DNA of 64,000 nt from Thermoplasmata archaeon (GTDB taxonomy: Archaea; Thermoplasmatota; Thermoplasmata; Thermoplasmatales; Thermoplasmataceae), in assembly GCA_021821635.1 (NCBI GenBank), contig JAKACH010000001.1:8304-72303 (forward strand). The letters run 5' to 3'. The notes beneath the pieces were generated by a model that was not told the origin of the DNA, made no database searches, and worked only from the letters and a program-made list of their open reading frames with translations. Shown here piece after piece: positions 8,884 through 19,010 of this stretch. The first letter of the stretch is position 1. Every line of letters begins with the position of its first letter. A program made the translations under genes and the position numbers.

Positions 8884-9537
8884 GTTGTTTTTCAACTTCC
8901 AAAATCTGGCTGTAGTTACGTCAAAGAAGCTCAGGAAAGTCAATTTGTGGAGCATTTTACCAATTCTATTGTCGAACAAACCGGTTCCAAATATCGCCTC
9001 TAGACTCATTCTCTTATCCAGGTATGTTTCTGGAGGGCCATAATATATTTTATGTACCCCTAATTTTGTCTTAACTTCTCTTATTTCTTTTGTTTCCCTC
9101 ATTTTCGAAAGGGGTGAATAAGGGACTGAAATGATTACTGTTGCCCCTTTTCTCCCGACCCTGAGTATTTCATCATACACCAAGGCTGGATTGTTGATAT
9201 GATGCATAACTCTCACCATTACTATCAGATCAAACAGACCGCTTTCAAAGGGGAGGTTGAAAAAATTACAACGCTTCAACTGTGTTCTGATCAATCGTTT
9301 TTTAGCCTCTTCCAGGTTCCTGCTTGAGAAATCAACCATATAAGTCTCTTCGCTTATCCTCTCCAGGACAGAGGTGATTCTCCCAAATCCACCGCCCAGC
9401 TCGAGCGTCTTCTTTGGGTTTCCGGCGAGTTTCATAATGAGTCTTCTTTCCGCTAAATCCAGTATTTCTCTATTTTTCCACTCACCGAGGTAATCATAGT
9501 TTTCGTAATCAGGAGGATCCACAAAACAAAAACGCAA
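8854..9537 (-). CDS. class I SAM-dependent methyltransferase
   Basis: LELGGGFGR, VDFS, LPFESGLFDLIVMVRVMHH. Start may be GTG 9522. Overlaps the GT2 3' end convergently. Confidence 0.9.
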   Translation of the reverse strand: MRFCFVDPPDYENYDYLGEWKNREILDLAERRLIMKLAGNPKKTLELGGGFGRITSVLERISEETYMVDFSSRNLEEAKKRLIRTQLKRCNFFNLPFESGLFDLIVMVRVMHHINNPALVYDEILRVGRKGATVIISVPYSPLSKMRETKEIREVKTKLGVHKIYYGPPETYLDKRMSLEAIFGTGLFDNRIGKMLHKLTFLSFFDVTTARFWKLKNNLFLKFRLPD

Positions 9538-9754
9538 TTTAATCTAATTAACGTTTACTCATAATTGAAGCCTGATTTATGTATGCGAGCAAAAACAAAA
9601 CTGTGCTGACGATTGCTTTGAGTAAAGTGGTCAAGGCAAGTAACTTGGAATATGTAAAACTGGAAATAGGACTTAAAGTGCTGTATCAAGCCTGTTGTGT
9701 TCATCAACTAAACCACCTTGAATTAAAGAAAAGAAGTTAATGCCTAAATGCATT

Positions 9755-10492
9755 ATGTTGGTATTGATATTAGTTAAGATCGGCGGCAGTGTGATTACTG
9801 ACAAGAATGTGTACAGGAGATTCAGGAAAGACTCTTGCAAAAAAATCATTCAGACACTTTCCATCCTGGATAAAGATCTCATAGTGACTCACGGGGCAGG
9901 TTCATTCGGTCACATTATTGCCAAGAAAAGCGGTTTCCCGAAGAGGTTCAAAAAAGAGGACGTGTATGCTTTCTCAACTATTCGCAAAGACGTTCTTGAT
10001 CTCAATACCAGGGTCGCTGGAATTATGCTTGAAGAAGGATTATCGCCCATCAGCATACCCACGCAGTCCATATACCGAACCAGGTCTCCCGACCTGTCTG
10101 ATTTCAAAAAATACTTGTCTCTGGGTTTCACTCCACTGGGCATGGGTGATGTCATTCTGCGCGCCGGATTCATAAGAATCATATCTGCCGATGATCTTTT
10201 GGTGGCTCTCAGTTCAGTATTCAAACCGGATCTGGTAATATTCATGACCGATGTTGACGGGATTTACGATAATGATCCAAAGACAGTCAGTGATGCTAAG
10301 CTGCTCAAATCCATTGACAGGAACATTGCGTTTAGCCAGGTCATGAACGACGTGACTGGCGGCATGAAGTCAAAGTACGAGAAAATATTGAAGATAAGAA
10401 AGCATGCAGGAAAGGTTGTTGTTGTCAACGGTAACAAACCTGAAAGGCTTAATGCAATAGGGAAGAAAGATTTCATCGGCACGGTGATTTAA
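9755..10492 (+). CDS. ipk: isopentenyl phosphate kinase
   Basis: KIGGSVITDK, HGAGSFGH, ISADD, TDVDGIY and DVTGGM motifs; adjacent to fni. Exact start uncertain (9740-9764). Confidence 0.93.
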   Translation: MLVLILVKIGGSVITDKNVYRRFRKDSCKKIIQTLSILDKDLIVTHGAGSFGHIIAKKSGFPKRFKKEDVYAFSTIRKDVLDLNTRVAGIMLEEGLSPISIPTQSIYRTRSPDLSDFKKYLSLGFTPLGMGDVILRAGFIRIISADDLLVALSSVFKPDLVIFMTDVDGIYDNDPKTVSDAKLLKSIDRNIAFSQVMNDVTGGMKSKYEKILKIRKHAGKVVVVNGNKPERLNAIGKKDFIGTVI

Positions 10493-11563
10493 TTGGACGA
10501 AAAGATAGAGGCTCGCAAGACTGAACATATAAAGATAGCCGAGGAGGAGAAGGTAACCTCCGAGAGAAACTACTGGGATGACATACGCCTGATACACCAG
10601 GCTATACCTGACTTCGATTATGACTTAATTTCCACTGAAGCTGGGTTTCTTGGTAAGAAGTTCTCCTATCCCATGGTCATTTCATCAATGACTGGGGGAA
10701 CAAGCAGGGCAAAGACAATAAACCGGAACCTTGCAAAGGCGGCTGAGAAGTTTAATATTCCGATGGGGGTAGGAAGCATGCGTGCATGCATCCAGGACCA
10801 CGGCCTCTCGGAGACTTATTCCGTGATCAATGAATTTAAGGTACCCGTCAGACTTGCTAACATAGGTGCACCACAACTTGTCAAGCAGGGAAAAGGAGCT
10901 TTCACTGATGCTGATATCGAGTATGCGTTCAAGCTGATAGATGCAAGCTTCCTTATTGTTCATTTCAACTTTCTCCAGGAAATGGTTCAACCCGAAGGAG
11001 ATCACAATGCAAAGGGCATTTTGAAAAGGCTTTCTGAAGTTGCAGGAAGTTATCCTGTTATTGCAAAGGAAACAGGAAACGGTTTTTCCAGGGAAGCATG
11101 CCTGCTGCTCAAGGACGCAGGCGTCAGGGCTATAGATGTTGGAGGACTGGGAGGCACATCCTTCGCTGCGATTGAATATTACAGGGCTAAAAATGCAGGC
11201 GATAGTGAAAAGATGACATCAGGGGAAACTTTCTGGAACTGGGGTGTCCCATCGCCAGCCTCAATAGAATATTGTCATGACATCCTGCCGACAATAGGAA
11301 GTGGTGGACTCAGGAATGGGCAGGATCTTGCCAAGGCATTAAGTATTGGAGCAGGGATGGGAGGATTCGCAAGATCACTTCTGAAAGGTGCAGACGATTC
11401 ATACGAACAGATTGAGGCCGTCATTTACCAGATTATCCGGGATCTTAAGATAACAATGTTCCTCACAGGATCTTCTAAGATTGAACATCTGAGAAAAGCG
11501 AAAAGGATTATTTTCGATCCGTTGAAAACATGGATGGGAGCTTACGATGCCGGAAGACTATGA
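10493..11563 (+). CDS. fni: type 2 isopentenyl-diphosphate delta-isomerase
   Basis: RKTEHI, SMTGG, GVGSMR, NIG, HFNFLQE..QPEGD, KETGNG, GGTS and SGGLRNG. Confidence 0.96.
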   Translation: MDEKIEARKTEHIKIAEEEKVTSERNYWDDIRLIHQAIPDFDYDLISTEAGFLGKKFSYPMVISSMTGGTSRAKTINRNLAKAAEKFNIPMGVGSMRACIQDHGLSETYSVINEFKVPVRLANIGAPQLVKQGKGAFTDADIEYAFKLIDASFLIVHFNFLQEMVQPEGDHNAKGILKRLSEVAGSYPVIAKETGNGFSREACLLLKDAGVRAIDVGGLGGTSFAAIEYYRAKNAGDSEKMTSGETFWNWGVPSPASIEYCHDILPTIGSGGLRNGQDLAKALSIGAGMGGFARSLLKGADDSYEQIEAVIYQIIRDLKITMFLTGSSKIEHLRKAKRIIFDPLKTWMGAYDAGRL

Positions 11564-12074
11564 ACCGCCACCAGAAATCGAAACGACAATGAAATGCCCC
11601 GTTTGTGGCAAAAACCTATTCCTAATCTACTTTACGACTACAATACCATATGAAGGAAGGATAGTCATAAACACGTATGTCTGTCACAACTGCATGTACA
11701 AGAACCCGCAGGTATATTCAGAGGGACAGGAAAAAAAGGAGAAAATAACGCTCAAGATCACTGAGCCCGATGACCTCGGCGTGCTTGTATACAGATCTCC
11801 GAAAGCATCTATAATAATACCAGAGCTTGACGCGGAGATTCTTCCAGGGGATGATTCCAGAGGCGATCTGACCACAGTCGAAGGAATCCTTCTAACTATA
11901 TATGACCGCCTTGACCTATTTATGGGAGACCCGGAAAACGAATCTAAAATCAACGTTATCCGAAACAGGTTGTCGAACGTAAGGGAAAGTGCAATTGGGC
12001 TCACTATAGTGATAGAGGATGAAAGCGGGCTGAGCAGGATTAACAGCCCGAAGTCAGTTTCGGAATTTTTCTGA
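11547..12074 (+). CDS. ZPR1-family zinc finger protein
   Basis: CPVC...IPYEG...CHNC, IPEL...I.PG, TTVEGIL and D.SG.S.I. Confidence 0.92.
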   Translation: MPEDYEPPPEIETTMKCPVCGKNLFLIYFTTTIPYEGRIVINTYVCHNCMYKNPQVYSEGQEKKEKITLKITEPDDLGVLVYRSPKASIIIPELDAEILPGDDSRGDLTTVEGILLTIYDRLDLFMGDPENESKINVIRNRLSNVRESAIGLTIVIEDESGLSRINSPKSVSEFF

Positions 12075-12124
12075 ATCCCTGCCTGAAATAGGGTTTTGAT
12101 AAGTCCCGATACTGAGTGAAATTC

Positions 12125-12577
12125 TTATTTTTTTCTAAGACCTATAACTCCAACTATGATCACAAGAATATATTCAATGAAAAGGAGTGGATAAAGTCCC
12201 GGGATGTAGTTCTGGAACCCGTCATAGCGGGAGAAACTGAACAGATAACCTGCGAACTGGGATGCAGAAAGCCCAACATTCAGGGATGAATACGTGGCTA
12301 TATCTGCTACGAGGAATATTGCGACAACAGCGGAACCGATAACTCCTATCTTTCCGAAGAATGTGTTATGCTTTACTGCTATCAGAACCCCCCCGATAAG
12401 CGAGATCAGCGCAATAACGAGCATTCCATACCAGTGATAAAAATACTTTGGAACGGTCTGGAAATCAGTCTGCAGGTTATTATCTGTAAGAAGAATGGCA
12501 ACCGCAGTTATGAATGCGACCACCAGGAGCAAGCCCTGCGTAACGAAGTAACTATCTCTCTGTTTTTTAACTGCCAT
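12125..12577 (-). CDS. hypothetical 4-TM membrane protein
   Basis: Four hydrophobic segments. TTTATA about 25 nt upstream of ATG 12577 (alternative start 12592). Confidence 0.75.
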   Translation of the reverse strand: MAVKKQRDSYFVTQGLLLVVAFITAVAILLTDNNLQTDFQTVPKYFYHWYGMLVIALISLIGGVLIAVKHNTFFGKIGVIGSAVVAIFLVADIATYSSLNVGLSASQFAGYLFSFSRYDGFQNYIPGLYPLLFIEYILVIIVGVIGLRKK

Positions 12578-12672
12578 TAGATAATGATCCATATTATTGC
12601 GTATAAACTTTGCCTCAGTTTTCTGTGTGAGATCATCTGCTAAAAAGCGATTACGACGAATTCATCCATTTT

Positions 12673-13530
12673 CTATTTCGCACTTGAAATAGCCCCTTCC
12701 AGCCTTCTGATCTCATCTATGCTGAGTCTCCAGCCAACAGATCCGACATTTTCTGAGACATGTTCCGGGTTTGATGCCCTAGGTATTGGAAAGACATTTT
12801 CGTTTTTTGAATAGAACCAGTTCAGGGCGATCTGCGACAATGACTTCCCGCCATGATTCCTGGAAATATCAGCGATAGCAGCACTCAGTGATGCGTTCTC
12901 TGATCCAAGCTTTCCGTGACCCAGGGGATAATAAGCAAGAACCGCTATTTTTCTATCCCGGCAGTGGGGAAGAATATCCTTTTCGATTTTTCCGTCAACG
13001 AGGCTGTATGGCATCTGCGTGGAAGCAAGATCGTTCGTCTTCAATGCCTCTTCCGCATCCATCATCTGTTTGAGTGAAAAATTGCTTATACCTATATACC
13101 TGATTTTTCCTTCCTTTACGAGATACTCCATGGCTCTCATGGTCTCGGAAATCTTGACACGTTTGTTGGGAAAATGAATCTGGTAAAGATCTATATAACC
13201 TGTCTGGAGATTCTTCAGGCTCCTGTTGCAGGACTTGATGACAGAATCATAATCAAGGTTTGACCTCCACACCTTGGTTGCTATGAATATTTCGTCCCTC
13301 CTTCTGCCGGATATTGCCTTTGCAACCAGGGGCTCTGTGCCATAAATCTCGGCTGTATCTATGAATTTTACATCCTCATCAAAGCCTGTATTAATCGCCT
13401 TGAGATGCATCTCGCTTCTTGGTTTCATCTTCAGTAGCTTCGCTGCCGCTATCCAACCTGGATCGTAATAAGTGCCCATTCCGAATAGGGGGAGCTTATA
13501 ACCAGTCTTTCCGAATTCCCTGTATTCCAT
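12673..13530 (-). CDS. aldo/keto reductase
   Basis: IDTAEIYG, IFIATKV, IDLYQIH, GKIRYIGISNF, AYYPLG.G and PIPRAS. Confidence 0.95.
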   Translation of the reverse strand: MEYREFGKTGYKLPLFGMGTYYDPGWIAAAKLLKMKPRSEMHLKAINTGFDEDVKFIDTAEIYGTEPLVAKAISGRRRDEIFIATKVWRSNLDYDSVIKSCNRSLKNLQTGYIDLYQIHFPNKRVKISETMRAMEYLVKEGKIRYIGISNFSLKQMMDAEEALKTNDLASTQMPYSLVDGKIEKDILPHCRDRKIAVLAYYPLGHGKLGSENASLSAAIADISRNHGGKSLSQIALNWFYSKNENVFPIPRASNPEHVSENVGSVGWRLSIDEIRRLEGAISSAK

Positions 13531-13563
13531 TCTTACATCTCTCTAATTTTGCAGTGACAAGTG

Positions 13564-14463
13564 CTATCTCTTCCAGTCACTTGAAGGTTTTGTAGACATG
13601 GCCAGATTCCATATGAGGACATTCTTTCCCCGTCCGTACTTGTAGGATCCCAACAGGCTCAACGTCTCGAGCAAGAGAAGGGGAAAAATGTAAGCTCCGA
13701 GATCGCTTCTCTTCCTTATTGCGGCATATATATTTCTGAAAAAAAGGAGCGGATCCGAAAGCAGCAGGAAATCCATTATCTGTGGCTGGAATCCCATAGA
13801 CCACATCTGTCTGTGTCCGTAGATGATTCTGCTCCTCTGGGTAATGTAATCTCTCGCGTTGTCAGGAGTCAGGTTGTTGATCTTCACATTATCTGCGTAC
13901 ACTACCTTCATGCCACGAGATGCAGCCAACATGCAGATATATTCCTCATCATTAACGACATCAGGCATTCTTGATACAAGTTCCCGGCGGAACGCAATCA
14001 TCTCTCCTCCATGCGGTATTCCGCCTTCCATTGCAATATGCCTGAGTGTGGCGTTTCTTATCTGCCATAATAGTGCTCCAGTCCTTGACGCAAGTCCGAA
14101 CCTCTCAATCGGGACGACATCAGGGAACACAACCCCGACTTCGCTGGAGAAGCATCGCTCAATTTCGCTGATAGCAGATGGATCGAAGTGAATGTCCGAG
14201 GAAATAAGATAGAGAAGATCGCCGTGCATTAAATCAAGGCAGGAATTTATCGCTGCTATTTTCCCTATCCGCTCTTTCTCCCTGATCTTTATCAATCTTG
14301 CATCAGTTAATTCCTCCAGAAACGAATAATCATTACTGTTCTGGGATCCATATGCAACCGCTATCCTTTCGAATGGTGATGAAAGCAATGGATCAATCAA
14401 CTGCTTAAGGCCTTGAGGATCATTATATGAAACAACTATGGCTTCTTTAATCAAGATTCTCAC
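13564..14463 (-). CDS. glycosyltransferase family 2
   Basis: ERIGKIAAIN, LISSDI, GGE..AFR, VVNDEEY and QRSRI (QxxRW-like). Probable GTG start at 14463. Confidence 0.85.
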   Translation of the reverse strand: MRILIKEAIVVSYNDPQGLKQLIDPLLSSPFERIAVAYGSQNSNDYSFLEELTDARLIKIREKERIGKIAAINSCLDLMHGDLLYLISSDIHFDPSAISEIERCFSSEVGVVFPDVVPIERFGLASRTGALLWQIRNATLRHIAMEGGIPHGGEMIAFRRELVSRMPDVVNDEEYICMLAASRGMKVVYADNVKINNLTPDNARDYITQRSRIIYGHRQMWSMGFQPQIMDFLLLSDPLLFFRNIYAAIRKRSDLGAYIFPLLLLETLSLLGSYKYGRGKNVLIWNLAMSTKPSSDWKR

Positions 14464-15109
14464 TTCCTGCTCTCCTTCTCTCCATAAGTCTTCTGTATTT
14501 CTCGGAATCCAGCACAAAATACCTTCTGGAAACAAGAGTTCTGAACGACTCTGAGCCTCGTCCGGAAGCGATCAGGCGGTGGTTTACTATAAGTCCCTTG
14601 ACAATCATCAATGGGGCCAGGAAGAGGAAAAGGAAACCGGAGATCGCATGCCTTGGCTCCCACCTTCTGGTACGTTTCCCTGATCGTGCGCGGTCGTTTC
14701 TCTCGCCCATTCTGGATAGAAGATCCTCGTAGTAGCCCCTGCCATAAACAGGGATGACATGAGTCGCATCTTCCAAAACAAGTGGATCACTTATGTCGGA
14801 ATAGTAATCAGATGCGTAAGAGGCAGACATGCAAAGGGAAAGGCAGATATCATGCATGCCAAGTATCCTCCTTCTTATAAAAGCGCGGAAAATGACTTCC
14901 CAGAGCCTACCGTCATTGGCAATCAGGAAAATATCAACGTCATCCTGTTCCTTTGGTTCATATGAGACAGAGCCGCTGATACCCGCAAATGCAAGTCCCG
15001 ATTCACCGAGCGTTGAGAGGTAACTGACGGCATATTGCATTTTTTTCCTCTTTACCTCACTGTGGAGTGCAATTTTCTCTTGATCAGGAAAAACACTGAC
15101 GGTCTCCAT
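14447..15109 (-). CDS. DNA pol beta-like nucleotidyltransferase-domain protein with C-terminal hydrophobic segment
   Basis: GISGSVSY....DDVDIFLI matches hG[GS]x9-13DhD and is followed by RLW. Overlaps the downstream GT2. Confidence 0.7.
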   Translation of the reverse strand: METVSVFPDQEKIALHSEVKRKKMQYAVSYLSTLGESGLAFAGISGSVSYEPKEQDDVDIFLIANDGRLWEVIFRAFIRRRILGMHDICLSLCMSASYASDYYSDISDPLVLEDATHVIPVYGRGYYEDLLSRMGERNDRARSGKRTRRWEPRHAISGFLFLFLAPLMIVKGLIVNHRLIASGRGSESFRTLVSRRYFVLDSEKYRRLMERRRAGSENLD

Positions 15110-15263
15110 TTTGCAATAATATCAAAATAAAGGTAATATCCTTTCGGTTTTAGTTGCACTTGGTTATTGGAATCACGCAAGATTCTTTAAAATTGGTTAG
15201 AGCATCTATGCAGATCAGCATTAGAAAGGATTCCCAACAAGACGGATAAACATTAATTGAAAA

Positions 15264-15695
15264 ATGAAATACGCCCAGATGCCTTTTTCGAGAGAAGAGA
15301 AACTGGTAATCTCCGTGGCAATACAACTGGTAGGAGGCATTTACCTCGTTTTTTATGACCACAGGCTTTACACTTTTGGCATCCTTCATTATTATGCTCT
15401 CCTGGGATATCTTTTACTCGATGTTGTATTCCTCATCATGCTTCTCCTGTCTTACAGTGCGAAAATAAGGCACATCATTGGCTTCTTCTCTGCACTTGGG
15501 GCAATTGCAATGGTTCTTGATGCATTTCTGGGCCTTCCCGCATCTAAATACAGTACTACACCGATTTATGGCATCCAGTACCTTTTCGGTTTCGGGTTAC
15601 CAGGAACTGGAAGCCTATTCGGAACGTCGCTGGCCTTTTCAATTCTGTTGCTGGGAAGCGCAGCCACGGCATTTCTGGCCACAAAATCCTCCTGA
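15264..15695 (+). CDS. hypothetical 4-TM membrane protein
   Basis: Four hydrophobic segments; shares motifs with 12125..12577. Confidence 0.75.
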   Translation: MKYAQMPFSREEKLVISVAIQLVGGIYLVFYDHRLYTFGILHYYALLGYLLLDVVFLIMLLLSYSAKIRHIIGFFSALGAIAMVLDAFLGLPASKYSTTPIYGIQYLFGFGLPGTGSLFGTSLAFSILLLGSAATAFLATKSS

Positions 15696-15751
15696 AATGC
15701 TGAATAACGAAGTTTTAAATTTAATGAAATTTTATTCCGTAGACTATAAAG

Positions 15752-17515
15752 ATGAAGCTGACTTACTTTGTAACTATCGACGAACCCCACCTGCACCTGC
15801 TTAAAGTTGAGATGGCAATCTCCGAAATAACGGACAACGAGATAATACTTACAATGCCTGCCTGGACTCCGGGAAGTTACCTTATACGTGACTTCGCCAG
15901 AAATGTCAGGAGCCTCAGTGCACATTCCTCGGATGGCAGGATCCTGGAGGCAAGGAAGAAGGACAAAAGCAGCTGGAAAATATCTACTGCAGGGAGTACA
16001 GAACTGCGGATATCATATCAGGTATTTTGTGAAGAACTTTCTATACGATCAACCCATCTGGATGCCAGCCATGCATTCATACTCGGTACAAGCGCATTCA
16101 TGTACATGGAGGGATACAAAGATCAGGCACTCGAGATATCCTTCAATATACCTGGGGAGTGGCGCATTTCAACCTCGCTGGAGAAGACAATTGATAACGT
16201 GTACCGTGCAATCAATTATGACGTCCTCGTAGATTCTCCTGTTGAAATAGGCAGGCATTTGAGCGGCACTTTTGCCGTGGATGGAAAGGAACATGAGGTT
16301 GCCCTGTACGGGCAGTTTAACGGCGACTTCCAGAAACTCCTCAACGACATGCAGAAAATCGTCGAGGCTACACTTAGGATATTTGAGCATGCACCCTATA
16401 AACGCTATGTGTTCATACTGCAATCCTACCAGGGAAACCAGATGGGAGGCCTTGAGCACTCAGCATCATGTGCTGTCTCAATGGATCCTTCCATGATCTT
16501 TGACGAAGATTATTACAAGCGTCTGATGTCCGTGATAGCACATGAATATTTCCACACCTGGAATGTCAAACGTATCAGGCCTGTTGAACTCGGTCCGTTC
16601 AACTACAGGGAGGAGAATTACACCACTCTTCTGTGGTTTTCAGAGGGAGTTACGGACTACTTTGCTGATCTGATAATTCTGAGGGCAAAGCTCATAGACC
16701 AATCGAAATATCTCGAATTCCTGGGTGAGTCGATCAAGTTGATTGAGTTCACGCCAGGTTCACTAGAGACATCGCTTGCAGATTCTTCATTTGATACATG
16801 GATAAGACTGTACAAGCCATCTCCCGACGACGTCAACAGCTACATTTCTTATTATCTGAAGGGTAAGCTGGTTGGCCTCCTGATGAGCAAGAAAATAGCT
16901 GCCCTGACATCAGGCAGCAAATCTCTTGATCACCTTCTCCTCCTGCTTTACGAGAAGTTCAGGAAGGACGGGAAGGGCTTCACGGACAAGGACCTGCTTG
17001 CCGCTCTAAAGGATATTTCAGGACAGGACTTCAATGAATTCTTCAACAGGTTTGTCAGGGGAACGGAGAAGATAGATTTTGACTCTGAGCTTGCCGAAAT
17101 GGGATTGAAGATCGATCGGACGCATTCCGCCGAATCCAGGGCTTTCCTCACATGGTCAGGAATGATCTTAAAACGGGATGGCGCAGCTTTCACTGTTGCA
17201 GCCGTCATCAAAGGCAAGCCTGCTTACCGTGCAGGTATAAACAGCGGGGACGAGCTAGTGGCAATTAACGGTGCAAGGTTCAGGGACGATAATACTTCTG
17301 CTATACTGAAAGGTGCAAAACTTATGCTTGACTCATTCAGGTCGAAATCCGGAGAGAAAGTCACTATAACCGTATTCAGGAGAAACATTCTTATGAACAT
17401 TACGAGCGATGCTGAACCTTTGCCGTTCGATACTTATAAGATAACAGAAATCCCGGAGCAGGGCGATAAAAAGAAAATAATGGACAGGGTATTGCTTTCC
17501 ACAGTCACATTATAA
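15752..17515 (+). CDS. M61 family (glycyl aminopeptidase-like) metallopeptidase with PDZ domain
   Basis: MPAWTPGSY, GGLEH, HEYFHTWN, LWFSEGVTDY, SYYLKG; C-terminal PA.RAG...GDELVAING PDZ. Confidence 0.95.
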   Translation: MKLTYFVTIDEPHLHLLKVEMAISEITDNEIILTMPAWTPGSYLIRDFARNVRSLSAHSSDGRILEARKKDKSSWKISTAGSTELRISYQVFCEELSIRSTHLDASHAFILGTSAFMYMEGYKDQALEISFNIPGEWRISTSLEKTIDNVYRAINYDVLVDSPVEIGRHLSGTFAVDGKEHEVALYGQFNGDFQKLLNDMQKIVEATLRIFEHAPYKRYVFILQSYQGNQMGGLEHSASCAVSMDPSMIFDEDYYKRLMSVIAHEYFHTWNVKRIRPVELGPFNYREENYTTLLWFSEGVTDYFADLIILRAKLIDQSKYLEFLGESIKLIEFTPGSLETSLADSSFDTWIRLYKPSPDDVNSYISYYLKGKLVGLLMSKKIAALTSGSKSLDHLLLLLYEKFRKDGKGFTDKDLLAALKDISGQDFNEFFNRFVRGTEKIDFDSELAEMGLKIDRTHSAESRAFLTWSGMILKRDGAAFTVAAVIKGKPAYRAGINSGDELVAINGARFRDDNTSAILKGAKLMLDSFRSKSGEKVTITVFRRNILMNITSDAEPLPFDTYKITEIPEQGDKKKIMDRVLLSTVTL

Positions 17516-18029
17516 CAAGGGCCTTGATGCCTGAGACCTTCCTTATTTCCGGTACTATTTCTGGTGGTATGGGCTTTTCAGTAACTATAGTTGCTCTTGG
17601 TTCTTCACTCAGTTCAGGATCGTCAGCGATCACCTGCCGCACGCTGATATTCATGCGCGCAATTATCGCGAGTGTGCCCGCGATTATACCTGGCTGGTCA
17701 GGCGATTCAGGTATGATCTGCAGCACACCCATTCCGAGCCTGGAACTTGAAGCACCAAGATTCGCGGTGGGAGTCAGCGAAGAATAAAAGTCCAGGAGTT
17801 CGGGGTCGTTTGCAATCCGCTTAACGGTTTCGATGACGACCCTGCGATCTATATTCATTGTTCTACCTATCTGCGATGGCGAAAGCATAATTTGTCCACA
17901 GAACACTGAATACTCATTGTCAAGATTCTTCCTGACACTGAGACCTAGCGCCAGCATGAGCTGTGCAACCCTCGCCTGCGACGGTAATTTTTCAAAACGG
18001 GACTTCAGTTTTGTCCACATGCGGATCAA
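17505..18029 (-). CDS. ACT-domain-containing regulator of amino-acid metabolism (COG2150-like)
   Basis: P.Q..VA..ML..GL, DRRVV, PGIIA...ISVRQ..ADDPEL. Start TTG 18029 or ATG 18020. Confidence 0.85.
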   Translation of the reverse strand: MIRMWTKLKSRFEKLPSQARVAQLMLALGLSVRKNLDNEYSVFCGQIMLSPSQIGRTMNIDRRVVIETVKRIANDPELLDFYSSLTPTANLGASSSRLGMGVLQIIPESPDQPGIIAGTLAIIARMNISVRQVIADDPELSEEPRATIVTEKPIPPEIVPEIRKVSGIKALVIM

Positions 18030-19010
18030 TCAACTTGGCGGATCACTGATGCCATCTTCAGTTACCTGGATCACAACCTCTCCTTCAGGCAGGCTCGGCG
18101 AGTCTATCAGCCTGGCGATACGTCTGCCAGCCTTCGACTTCCTAAGGTATATCCTGAAAGTAGCCGTGTGCCCGACTATATTTCCGCCTATAGGAGCAGT
18201 CGGATCACCGAAGAACACATCCGGACGCGCAGAAACCTGGTTAGTAACAGCAATGACTGCGTTATTAAGAAGCCCGAACTTTAGCAGGTCATGCATGTGC
18301 CTGTTAAGCATCTGCTGCCTGCCTGCAAGGGATCCACGCCCCATGAATTCAGCCCTGAAGTGTGATGTAAGCGAGTCAACAATCAGCAGCTTTATGTTCC
18401 TTCCCTTGGCCTCTTCGATCGCTTTCTCAACCAGGAGTATCTGGTGATGAGAATTATATGCCCTAGCTACCTGTATTCTTCTCAATGTCTCATCGGGATC
18501 AAGACCCTTTGCTTTTGCCATCTGTATAATTCGCTCAGGCCTGAACGTGTTCTCCGTATCTATCATGAGAACGTCGCTGTTGAAGCCTCCCATTTCTTCC
18601 GGCATAGTCGCGTTAACTGCAAGCTGCTGCATTATCTGGGTCTTGCCAGAACCGAACTCTCCGAAGAACTCAGTTATAGACTGGGTTTCAAGGCCGCCGC
18701 CTATGAGATCGTCGAGGTTCTTGGATCCGGAGGTCAGCTTCTTTACGAGCTGCCGCCTCTTCATTATCTCTTCACCGCTCTCGAAGTTGCCCACGTCGGC
18801 AAACTTCCTGGCGGAGGCAATGATCTTGACCGCGGCACCTTCTCCTATTCCTGCCAGTTCTGAAAGGTCTTTCGGGGACGCAACCGCCAGCGACAGTATG
18901 TCATCGTAACCATTTTCCCTTAATTTTTCAGCTGTGGCTTCCCCAACTCCGGGAAGATCCTCAACTTCAATTTTTTTCTCTTCCTTTACCGTCTTTTCCT
19001 CTTTTGCCAT
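18030..19010 (-). CDS. radA: DNA repair and recombination protein RadA
   Basis: N-terminal HhH (DLPGVG), [29 protein letters not shown] and GGNIVGH. No intein. Confidence 0.98.
   Translation of the reverse strand: MAKEEKTVKEEKKIEVEDLPGVGEATAEKLRENGYDDILSLAVASPKDLSELAGIGEGAAVKIIASARKFADVGNFESGEEIMKRRQLVKKLTSGSKNLDDLIGGGLETQSITEFFGEFGSGKTQIMQQLAVNATMPEEMGGFNSDVLMIDTENTFRPERIIQMAKAKGLDPDETLRRIQVARAYNSHHQILLVEKAIEEAKGRNIKLLIVDSLTSHFRAEFMGRGSLAGRQQMLNRHMHDLLKFGLLNNAVIAVTNQVSARPDVFFGDPTAPIGGNIVGHTATFRIYLRKSKAGRRIARLIDSPSLPEGEVVIQVTEDGISDPPS

Noticed and set aside
17833..18909. long plus-strand ORFs (up to 204 aa); similar cases at 51682-52212 and 59780-60346
   Set aside because: Antisense shadows of conserved genes (radA, aroB, DUF1611) with no recognisable motifs.
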